From: Gordius albopunctatus
Lineage: Eukaryota
NCBI GenBank assembly: GCA_964276515.1
Contig: OZ193909.1
Span: 8,060,001-8,124,000, forward strand
Reading direction: 5' to 3'
Length of the DNA stretch: 64,000 nt
The position numbers were made by a program, and so were the translations under genes. A model generated the notes under the pieces. The model did not search any database and was not told where the DNA came from. It saw only the letters and a list, made by a program, of their open reading frames with translations. Position 1 is the stretch's first letter. The number at the start of each line of letters is the position of its first letter. Below, in pieces: positions 26,406 to 36,780 of the stretch.

Positions 26406-29400
26406 CACTACCTACGACCATCCCAAGTCCGTGTGCAAAAAGAAACCGGCAATAAAAACCAACTCCAAAATTCTGATAGTTTCAAACAAGATTTTACAAG
26501 AAAAGGCTAGGGCGTCCTCCACAAACGACGCGCACTGCATGTGCATACCCCGCCCGTGCAATGTGAAAATACACTAGGGTTACTGCCCAACTCTCAACGA
26601 AAGCGGTTAAGGAAATTAGTTGTTGAAAGAATGCGAATAACGTGCTGGAATGTGGGAACGTTGACCGGGAAGAGCATCGAAGTCGCACAGGTGTTAAAAA
26701 GAAGAAAGGTACACATCGCCTGCCTACAAGAGACGAGGTGGAACGGAACGAAAGCTCGGGAATTAGGAGAAGGATACAAGCTTTTCTACAGTGGGTCACC
26801 AAATCGTAGAAACGGGGTCGGTATCGTTCTAAACGAATCGTTTAAGGATAAGGTGGTGGAAGTCAAACGTTGTTCCGACAGGCTAATGTGGGTGAATATT
26901 GTGGATCAAGGGGGCCTCCTAACCGTTATGTGCGCGTATGCTCCACAAATTGGGTGTTCGGAATCAGAGAAAGACATATTCTTCGAATCATTGGAAAAGG
27001 AAATACAAGGAATCCGACAGGAAGAAAGGCTAATTATTGGGGCCGATTTCAACGCTCACGTAGGGAAAGATCGCCTCGGGTATGAACGCAATCATGGAGG
27101 CTATGGGCGTGGTCTGAAGAACAAAGAAGGGGAAAAACTTCTCCAAGTATCCCAAGCATATGACATGGCGATCGTTAACACCTATTTTCAAAAGCGCGAA
27201 GATCATATTGTGACCTATAGAAGTGGGAAGCATTTTAGTCAAATTGACTATTATACGGCAAAAGGACTTATGGAGCATCAAGGATTGCAAAGTAATACCG
27301 GGAGAAGAAATCGCCAGGCAACATCGTCCCCCTCTCATGGATCTTGACAGAAAAGTATTTCCCGAAAGAAGAAAGGTCTATGAGCCTCGAATTCGATACG
27401 AAAGGCTAAAGGATCCTTATTCAAGCCGAAGGAAGTGATGGAAAGGTGGAAAAGGTATTTTAAGAACCTTATGAATATTACAAATGACAAGGATTCCCTT
27501 CCCGAAATCGAGCCAAATATAAGTTTTCTATTTTTAAACAAGATAAAATTTATATATGTACAGGATGCGATTTAAGATATGAGGAATAGGAATAGAGGGA
27601 TATATCGGGCCGGTAAAGGATAAACCTTGCCTCCCCAAAGGGAAACTTACTTCTATTATTTTCTCTACATCTTTATTATACTAAAAACTACGTAAAAATC
27701 ACAGAATAAAATAATTGAAAAGTAAAAATCGATACACTCAGATTATACCAAATTCAATTATGCGTGTTCGTGTTGATCAATAATCATATATGGGGAAAGA
27801 AATAACAAACACTTATAAGCGCGTGGGTGGGTGGGGGGGGGGAATTCACTCACACGTAAGTAAAATTAAATGTAAAGGAAAAGACGTGTATTCTCCAGTA
27901 TACCACATATGAAGTATTAGGGTTCCGTACTACGCTATGATTGATATTAAAATCAGTACAGGAAATACAGACGTTTTACAGCGTGTAAGATCAAAAGAAT
28001 CTCGCAATCAACGAACTTGCAATTAATCTATAAGGAAAGAAGGAGGGAATCGAATAAGAATGTATGAGATACACAGGAAAATCCTTCATCCGTATGTATA
28101 TACGACAATAAGTATGGTCGAACTCTTTCAGGAGGATGAAGTAAGGGCACAAATAAACAAGATGTAAAAAAGAAAAGCAAATGACCCAAATGGAATAACT
28201 ATGGAAGCATTGCTCGAATGTTGTTAAGAAGGAGTCACCACCATGACGAATTTTCTTAACAAGATATTGGTAGAATAGCGAATTCCTAATCAATGGAGAG
28301 CAAGCAGGATTATACCCTTATTTAAAGGCAAAGGAGACCCTCAAGACTGTGGCAATTACAGAGGTATCAAGCTAACTTGCCACTCCTTGAAGCTTAAGAA
28401 AAGGATCTTAGTAACAAGGTTGAAAAACGAGGTGGAAATATCGGATAACCAATTCGGATTTGGGGTCGGCAAATCCTCAATCGACCCAATCTTCGCACTA
28501 AGGCAAATGATGGATAAGTATGGTTGAAAGAAGAAAAACCTAAATATGGTCTATATTGACTTGGAGAAAGCTTATGACACGGTCTTCGGCGATTTAACAT
28601 GGTGTTGCCTGAGAAAACAAAATACCCTGATGCATATATACGGCTTATGAAAAATATTTATGAAGACTCAAACTCTTGCGTTAGGACGACAGTTGGAGAC
28701 TCTAAATCTTTTCGGGTTAAAATTGGATTACATCAAGGATCTGCTTTAAGTCCCTTTTTATTTAATATAATTATAGACACGATAACGAGGGAAATTCAAA
28801 GCCATCGCCATGATGCATGCCATATGCCGATTATATAGTACTATGCGAGGAAACAAGGGAATTATGCGAAGAAACCGAAAAGTGGTCAAAGCGCTTAGCT
28901 GGATATGGGTTAAAGGTCAACGATCGAAAAACGGTATACTTGGAAATGAACGGTACAAGCAGCCCATCACTAAATGACCCTCTAAAGTACCCAAAAGTAG
29001 ACAGGTTTACATACCTTGACTCGATGCTACATCAAGAGGGAGGTTGCGCAACGGAACTCAATGCCCGCATCCAATAAAGATGGCTTAAATGGCGAAGTAT
29101 ATCCGGTGTAATGTGCGACAAGAAAATGCCAATATGGTTGAAGAGCAATGCTTAAAAATGCATCGTCAGACCGGTGTTACTCTTTGGAAGTGAAACATGG
29201 GCATTAAACACCACGGAAGGAAAGCTATTACAAGCCACAGAGATGAGAATGATACGGCGGAGCTTGGGGTATACTAAGCTCGACCATATGACGAATGACT
29301 TTCTCATGACAAAAATGGGTATTCAACCTATGGCGGACATGATTAACGAAAATCGGCTAAGGTGGTATGGGCATATACTAAGAAAAGACACGAATGACGT

Positions 29401-29601
29401 AAATCGAAAAGTACTGGACATGGAGGTACTGGGCAAGATAGGAAGAGGACGACCCCGTGTCACGTGGAAAGGGCAAGTCGATAAAGTAATGAAAACAAAA
29501 GAGATTAGTCAAGATATGGCACTCACCCGGTCAACATGAAAGAAACTCATCAAAATAAACCCCACGACCGTGGGACCAAATAACTAATAAAGAAAAAGAA
29601 G
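26406..29601 (+). mobile_element. RTE-clade LINE, near full length and decayed (APE endonuclease + RT), with an internal deletion and a nested insertion
   Basis: APE motifs WNVGTL, LQETRW, YAPQ, GADFNAH, SQIDY; RT motifs GLHQGSALSP and YAD; A/GAA tail; perfect 19-bp TSD attaatatcttcttattaa (26387-26405 and 29602-29620). Confidence 0.95.
27525..28107 (-). mobile_element. 583-bp insertion in the RTE, possible solo LTR
   Basis: Interrupts the RTE reading frame and is flanked by a 6-bp direct repeat ataagt. On the minus strand it begins TGTCGTAT and has a TATA-like site (~27815) and AATAAA (~27675). The other end is not a perfect ACA. Confidence 0.4.
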
Positions 29602-30831
29602 ATTAATATCTTCTTATTAATGTCGTAGCGTAGCTAGAGAGTGCCAAAGGGGCCAAGGCCTCCCCCATGAGTAAATTCCTGGCCCCTTTGACGCCCTCCC
29701 ACAAGGAAACTTTTGGTCCCTTTAACCTCCCCCCCTCCAAAAAATTATCTAATATACCTCAATTTATTTTATATTAATTAAAATTATTTCTATTAGTTTT
29801 TATAAGTAAATTTTTTAAATAATATTTATATTAAATTTTCGCTTTATTTTTTATTAACAAGCAATGAAAAAATGGGGGCAATTCAAACCCAACATATTTC
29901 TGAAAGCTCCAAACAACAGCGTAAATCAAATCAAATATGGGTATATTATTTGAGATTACCAAATTTTTATAAAGATAGTTGCTATATAGTTTTACCGATG
30001 GTATGATTTTATAAATAATAACATTTTTATTATATGTAACCATAATATAATCTTTTTAATTATATTATTTCTTGCAGGCGCGTAGCCAGGAGTTTCTCAA
30101 GGGGAGGGAAAGCTGGCAAAACATTTTTTAAATATTTTATTTGTAAGTGAAAATAAAAATTAAAAACCAAAAAGTCAGGCCCACTGGGCCAAGGGCCGGG
30201 CACGTAGTCATAAATTAAGATTCTTAAATAGGCCTGGTCGGGCACCATAACAATGATTTTTATATAGTTACTATTTTTCTGTCACTTTATCAAACCGTGA
30301 TGGGTTAGCAGAAAATTTTAGACAAATATGATTAATGATAAAGGTATTAATTCTGTGTGTAGAATGAGGAACATTATAATAATAGTCATTTGATTTTTTC
30401 ATTTGCCCAGCGATTTTCATTTAGAGATTTCATCTGAGCATTACCTATGATAATTTAATATTGCCAATTCTTTTCATATGTCATCCTATTTTTTGAATAA
30501 GCTTTTAGTCTCTTGATTATAGAAAAGTCTTATTGATAGATGTGGTGTTAAGAAGAGAAAAAAATGGTTAAAGCTTTTTGCTAAAATTAAATTTATTTTA
30601 TATTTAACTTACATTTATTTTTTTTGAATTTTTGCTAAGGGGGGGGGGGAGCCTTGGCTTCACCGCTGAAAATTACATCATTGTTTATAATATTATATAT
30701 AGGTGAAACTTTTTTATCCTACATCTTTGAACAAATACAGGGTACCAATAGTCAATGCTTAATAAGTTTTAGATATGCATATGTTTTATCTATATATGCA
30801 CAATTAATAACTTAAAACACAAACCATAATT

Positions 30832-32190
30832 AATTGCTATGCAATTTATGGGCTCGCTTTTCGTTGTCCGTCCGTCCGCCGTCCAACATGTATCTACTGA
30901 TGTGGGTTCGAATCCCGAAGAGGGCAATTTTTTTATTTATTTATTTTTTAAATTAATATATTCTTCTTGTTAATACCATTAATAATATGACTTTTTACCG
31001 TGTCCTGCTGGCTACTTACCAATGAAAAAAATGACCATTGGCCGAATTGTGAATCGAAGTTTTTTGTTTTTTGAATTGCTTATTTGGTTTACAAGAATAA
31101 TCAAATACCCTGTGCCCCCTATAAGGGTCTATGCCTCTACTGATATGGGTCCCTGTGCCCCCCCCACTACAAAGACCTATACCTCTACTAATGTGGGCTC
31201 GAATCCCGGCGAGGGCAATTTTTTTTAAAATTATTATGTCGTTCTTTTTAATACCATTGATAATATGGCTTTCTGACCGTCTCCTGGCTACTGACCAATG
31301 AAAAAATGACCATTGGCCAAAATCAAAATATTTTTTCCGTTTTTTTCGTCTTTTATGTATTTATATCCTTTTTAACCGTCTCCTGGCTGCTGACCAATAG
31401 AAAAAGTATCATTTTTCTATATTTTAAATATAGGCAATTTGGCCGTTTGCTGGCTACTGACAAATAAAAATATGACCACTGGCCAAAGTGAGATTAAAAT
31501 CAAATTTTTTTCTCTATATTATAATTATTGGTCAGTATTTGGCAGTCTGCTGTCTGCTGACAATTAGAAAAAATGACCACTATCCAAAGTTTATATCGCA
31601 TTTTTTTCTATATTATAATTGTAGGCTATTTGGCCGTCTGACCAAAATGACCAATGGCTAAGGTCTTTTTAAAAAAATTTTTCGGTTTTTTAAATATCTT
31701 GTTCATACTATATGCGCATGATTTGAATAGAGCCTATAGTCATAATTTAAATTATGGGTCGCCTACAGCAAATCATTTAAATTTATACAGTAACAAAAAA
31801 ACTATAAATTGAAAGTTTTACGTTTTGAAAGGATGACTATTGGCTTTTTCAAGGTCATACCCTCTATTTGCTTTCCTTTCGTATTTTGATTAATTTATAA
31901 GTTGATAAATAAGAATGAATGAAAGAAAACCTATTCCTCAATAAATCAAGTATTAATAAATGACTTACAGGTTTTACAAAAATTTACCCTTTTAAATATT
32001 TGTATAAATAAAAAACTAATTATTTGGCATTTTATACCCCCCCCCCCATAGGCATTCTCGCCCCTTCCCACTTTTCTCGCCTATAAATTGCATAGCAAAT
32101 ATGCTACGTTTATACGGAGTATAGATGAGTTTCGTTCCCCCTTCGCTCCTCCCCCTCCCTTCCCCCCTCCCTTCCCCCTTCCCTCCCCTT
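30832..32190 (+). mobile_element. Older HINE copy, 3' hairpin missing
   Basis: 5' aattgctatgcaatttatgggctcg + (GTCC)n; degenerate array units; 3' subTIR ataaattgcatagcaaa at ~32083 followed by a pyrimidine tract. Confidence 0.75.
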
Positions 32191-32525
32191 CTCTAATTTT
32201 ATCAAACAAAATTTTTTTTCGCGCCTTGTTTCTTGTTATTTAACTATATGGATTTTTCACTATAAAAGAAATATATTTTATTGTAGATAGTTTCGCTTAG
32301 AGACCTGCACGACGTGAATAGTATAATTAAGGGGTTTGCAGAGCCCGTCACACATCATATGGATTTTTTTATAAGCAAAGATCTCTTTTTATGATGTTTT
32401 ATATTAATTTATAATCCGTTTCTTAGATTAATAATCAAAATAAATATTATTTTTCTCGTTACACATTGATTCATCAAGACGAAAATTTTTTTTCCTATGC
32501 AAAAAATCCTTAAAATTAAAAAAAA

Positions 32526-33429
32526 AACTCGGGCCTTGGGTGCCTGTTACGACCGCGCATCTAAAAATGTCACAGGTATCAAAAGGATATCTCAAAAAGT
32601 TTACACGTGCTAAATTGTTCAGACGGTCTATTAATACATACGAGTCAAAAAAAAACGGAAAAAAAATTTTCGATGCCCACTTTGGCCAATGGTCATTTTT
32701 TTCGATTGGTCAGTACAAAGAGACGGTCTATTAATACATACAAGTCAAAAAAAAACGAAAAAATAATTTTAGATTCACACTTTGGCCAGTGGTCTTTTTT
32801 CCATTGGTCAGCAGCCATCAGACGGCCAATAAATTAGTCAGTACCAACAGATGGTCTATAAATCAATATTAGTCAAAAAAAATGAAAAAAATTTTGATTC
32901 ACACTTTGGCCAATGGTCATTTTTTTCCATTGGTCACTACCAACAGATACTCAATAAGTCAATGATATCCAAAAAAACTAAAAAAGATTTCGCTTCACAC
33001 TTGGCCGGAAGTCATTTTTTTCCATTGGTCAGTACCAAGAGACGGTTTATAAATACATACGAGTCAAAAAAACGAAAAAAAAAATTTCGATTCACATGTT
33101 GCCAATGGTAATTTTTTCCATCGGTCAGCAGCCAGCGGACGGCCTAAAAGTCATAATAGCAATGGTAATAACAGGAACAATCATAATAGTCACAAAAAAA
33201 CTGAAAAAAAAACTTGGATTCACATTTTGGCCAATGGTCATTTTTTTCATCGGTCAGCATACAACGGACGGCCAAAAAGTCTCTTTATCAATGGTAGTAA
33301 CAAGAACAATCATAAGAGTAAAAAAAACGCGGGATTCGAACCCAAAAACTAGTTAAAATATTCGAATTCCAAGCGGTTTCAGTAGTAAACAAGACGAAAA
33401 GCGTGACAAGACATTCGGTAGCAAGACAT
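32526..33429 (-). mobile_element. HINE-related element with the same array but different end sequence, tandem to the next copy
   Basis: Begins aactcgggccttgggtgcc (3' hairpin-like) and contains about 6 ttggccaatggtca units. Confidence 0.6.
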
Positions 33430-33836
33430 AAACTCGGGCCTTCGGCCCTCGTGGAAAGGGGGAAGGGGAGAAGGGGAGAAGGGGAGAAGGGAAGGGGGGA
33501 CTCATCTATACTCCGTATAAATTTATCATATTTGCTATGCAATTTATGTGTGAGAAAGGTGGGAAGGGGCGAGATCGCCTATAGGGGGTAGAGGTCTGCA
33601 TGGGCCGAAATTTCAGGGTCAGGCCCGGCCCATACCCGCACAAATATATATTTTTTTACCCATACCCGCCCCGCAAAATAACAACAAAAAATGCGCCGCA
33701 TCAGGCCCGCACGAGAAAAATGCTTCAATGTTTTCAAAAAAAATTATTTATATAGAAACAATTTTGCATGTATGAAAAAATTGTTATAGCATATAAAAAC
33801 GATATTAATAAAAAAAATTATAATTCAATATTGTCA

Positions 33837-34192
33837 TTTTTTTTTTTTTTGTTAAAAAGTTTATTTTCAAGAAACAAAGTTACATTAATAAGCGAAATAC
33901 AAAAATAAAGACATATTGGTTAAATACAAAGATTTATATCATTCTCTTCTAAAATGGGCCATGAGTCGGCAAAGGATTTAAAGTTGTATCGTGCAACAAG
34001 AATCCCTAGTTGTTGCCTGAGTAAAAAGGACGCAGAAATTTTAGATTTCGGGGTGCGTTTTCCGATTTCTTTAAAAAACCCCATTGCCTGTTTGCCAAAG
34101 GAACCGGAGCACGTGGCAACGACAGGGATAAAAATATTGGATGCCAAAAGGGCAGAATACTTTGTAGTTTTACGCCCTTCTTCTGTAGCGAT
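33837..34192 (-). mobile_element. 3' fragment of a CRE-clade (restriction-like endonuclease) non-LTR retrotransposon with poly(A) tail
   Basis: Minus-strand peptide EEGRKTTKYSAL...FIPVVATCSGSFGKQAMGFFKEIGKR...LLRQQLGILVARYN fits the CRE C-terminal pattern (E.RK..KY, F.P.....G..G..A..F.KEIG, L.Q.LS..V.RGN). Stop at 33920, AATAAA at 33860-33865, A14 at 33837-33850. Confidence 0.75.
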
Positions 34193-36363
34193 AGGGTCAA
34201 AGATTGCAAGGTTATACCGGGGGAAGAAATCGCCAAACAACATCGGCCAGTTGTCCTCGATATAGCAAGAAAGATTTTTCCCGTAAGGAGAAAAGTCTAC
34301 ACACCAAGGACAAAGTACGAAAAGCTTAAGGATGATCATGCAAATGAAATGTTTCACACTCGAGCAACTCCGCTCTTGAAGATTGCAGGCTTGGAGGGCG
34401 ACATTAACAAAAGGTGGGGCACCGTTGCAAATGTTCTAAAGGAAACCGCCTTACAAACATTGGGACGAACTAAGGGCGGCAGAGCTCACAAGCGTGAACT
34501 ATGGTGGTGGAATGACTCGGTCAAAGAGGTTATAGAAGAAAAGAAGGCGTTGTACCTACGATGGTACAAAACGAAGAAAGGAGAAGACTACGAGGCATAT
34601 CGTGAAGCGAAACGCAAAGCTAAGATAGCGGTCGCGATAGCGAAGAACAACGCTTACACCGAGATGGCAAACAAGCTCGATACCAAGGGCGGCGACATAG
34701 TCATGTATAAACTCGCAAAGATCAGGGAGAAAAAAAGTCGAGATGTCGGGACACTTAAAGTCATTAAAAGCGAAGAGGGACGAACGTTGTGCAAACCGAA
34801 GGAAGTCATCAAAAGATGGAAAGATTATTTCCAAAATATGATGAACAAAACAAATGATAGAAGACCGCTAGAGAGGGTGGAACCGAACTCGAACTTGGTT
34901 TTACCATTTCAGGCTTATGAAATAGGAGCACAACTAACGAAGATGCGGAAAGGGAAAGCGCTAGGTCCCGATGATCTACCGATCGAAGCTTGGCTTGGGT
35001 GCAAAGGAGAAGGAATCGACATAATGACAGGCCTATTTAACGCTATGCTGTATGAGAGTCGTATCCCTAACCAATGGAGGGAAAGTACGATCATACCCAT
35101 ATACAAAGGTAAAGGAGACGCGCAGGAATGTGGCAACTTTAGAGGTATCAAGTTGACCTGCCACTCACTAAAACTACTAGAAAGGGTGCTAGTGAAAAGG
35201 CTCAATGACGAAGTTTGTCTCTCGCCCAATCAGTTTGGATTTGTGGCCGGTAAATCAACGATGGATCCAATCTTTGCGTTGAAGCAGACGATGGAAAAAT
35301 ATGGCGACATAAGAAAGAAATTACACATGGTCTTCATCGATTTAGAAAAGGCCTACGATACGGTTCCGAGAGACTTAATATGGTGGTCCCTTAGAGCCAG
35401 AAATATACCCGAAGGATATGTTCGACTTATCAAGGAAATGTATAATGGTGCGGTTGCATCTGTTAGGACTACCGTAGGAGTAACGAAACCCTTCCGAATA
35501 ATGATCGGACTACATCAAGGATCAGCGTTAAGCCCATTCTTGTTTAATCTAATTATGGATACAATAACAAAGGACTTGCACAAGCCAGCCCCTTGGACTA
35601 TGCTATATGCCGACGATATTGTCCTATGCGATGAAACAAGAGAAGGGGTTTTTCATCAGGCGAAAAAATGGTCAGAACGTTTCTCGGAATTCGGGTTAAA
35701 GGTCAGCGAGAAGAAAACGGTTTACATGCAAACGATGGGCGGTAGTCCGCAAATGCACAAAATTGAAGGTCCAAGGTACACGGAGGTTGATAAGTTCACA
35801 TATCTTGGCTCGCTATTACATCAAGAGGGAGGATGTACCGCCGAAGTCCATTCTCGGATCAAGAAAGCATGGCTCAAGTGGCGCAGCATCTCCGGTGTCA
35901 TGTGTGACAAAAAGATACCAATTTGTTTGAAAAGCAAGGCGTACAAAACCATCGTGCGACCGGTCTTGCTTTACGGGAGCGAAACATGGGCTGTAACCAG
36001 CGCGGAGGAGAAACTCTTGCAAGTCACGGAAATGAGAATGGTGCGATGGAGCTTAGGCTACACCAAGCTGGATCGCATGACGAACGAATCCTTGATGACA
36101 AAGATGGGTATACAAGCGACGAAGGACTTCTTAAGAGAAAATCGACTGCGGTGGTACGGCCATATATTACGAAGAGACGAAGACGATGTCACACGCCGAA
36201 CGCTGGAGATGGACGTGCCTGGAAGAAGAGGAAGGGGCAGACCACGTGCCACCTGGAAACGACTGGTCGAAAAGGATATGGACGTCAAACAGATGGAAAT
36301 TGGGATGGCAACGTACCCCACGTCTGTGGGATTTTCAACACGATAAAGAAGAAGAAGAAGAAG
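34190..36363 (+). mobile_element. 5'-truncated young RTE-clade LINE
   Basis: Starts in the last APE motif (VKDCKVIPGEEIAKQHRPVV) and ends in a (GAA)n tail. Confidence 0.95.
34196..36346 (+). CDS. RTE reverse transcriptase ORF, uninterrupted but N-terminally truncated
   Basis: Open frame extends 51 codons upstream of the annotated Met at 34349. Motifs NFRGIKL, QFGF, FIDLEKAYD, GLHQGSALSP, YADD, FTYLG, RLRWYGH, GRGRP. Confidence 0.9.
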   Translation, partial: VKDCKVIPGEEIAKQHRPVVLDIARKIFPVRRKVYTPRTKYEKLKDDHANEMFHTRATPLLKIAGLEGDINKRWGTVANVLKETALQTLGRTKGGRAHKRELWWWNDSVKEVIEEKKALYLRWYKTKKGEDYEAYREAKRKAKIAVAIAKNNAYTEMANKLDTKGGDIVMYKLAKIREKKSRDVGTLKVIKSEEGRTLCKPKEVIKRWKDYFQNMMNKTNDRRPLERVEPNSNLVLPFQAYEIGAQLTKMRKGKALGPDDLPIEAWLGCKGEGIDIMTGLFNAMLYESRIPNQWRESTIIPIYKGKGDAQECGNFRGIKLTCHSLKLLERVLVKRLNDEVCLSPNQFGFVAGKSTMDPIFALKQTMEKYGDIRKKLHMVFIDLEKAYDTVPRDLIWWSLRARNIPEGYVRLIKEMYNGAVASVRTTVGVTKPFRIMIGLHQGSALSPFLFNLIMDTITKDLHKPAPWTMLYADDIVLCDETREGVFHQAKKWSERFSEFGLKVSEKKTVYMQTMGGSPQMHKIEGPRYTEVDKFTYLGSLLHQEGGCTAEVHSRIKKAWLKWRSISGVMCDKKIPICLKSKAYKTIVRPVLLYGSETWAVTSAEEKLLQVTEMRMVRWSLGYTKLDRMTNESLMTKMGIQATKDFLRENRLRWYGHILRRDEDDVTRRTLEMDVPGRRGRGRPRATWKRLVEKDMDVKQMEIGMATYPTSVGFSTR

Positions 36364-36780
36364 ATTGTCATTTAGAAATAATAAACTGTCTATTCTATCA
36401 GGTAGTAGTCTTATTCTTCTTTGTTCTATTAGGCGACTTGCCTTACTAAACGTGCGTTCACTTGTAGCGCTTGTGGCTGGAATTGCCAAAAACTGTACAG
36501 CTAACTTTGTCAAATTAGGTAGGATGAGGTCGTGTTCTTTCCACCATGAAATAATATCAAGCTCATCATCTATCGGTTTAAGATTTAATTTAACATAAAT
36601 ATCAACTTCATTGCTCTCCTCAATCTGCTCTCTTTCATCGTCCTCCTAAACGGAGATATCCATATCGACTTCACCAATAGCTAATTGCCTACATACCTGA
36701 GCTGAATTGCTCATAGATGGACGACTGATGCATGAAGAGCTAGGATCTTCTTGCATTAATTTATTTAAAGTTTGTGTTAC
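36364..36780 (-). pseudogene. hAT transposase C-terminal remnant
   Basis: WWKEHDL.LPNLTKLAVQFLAIPATSATSERTFSKASRLIEQRRIRLLPDRIDSLLFLNDN, cut at the retro-insertion TSD. Confidence 0.88.

Noticed and set aside
33920..34357. 145-aa ORF as a complete gene
   Set aside because: The N-terminal ~55 aa are antisense RTE sequence; only the C-terminal part is CRE-like.
36058..36513. 151-aa minus-strand ORF as a fusion gene
   Set aside because: It is chance read-through from the hAT remnant into antisense RTE sequence across the (GAA)n tail.
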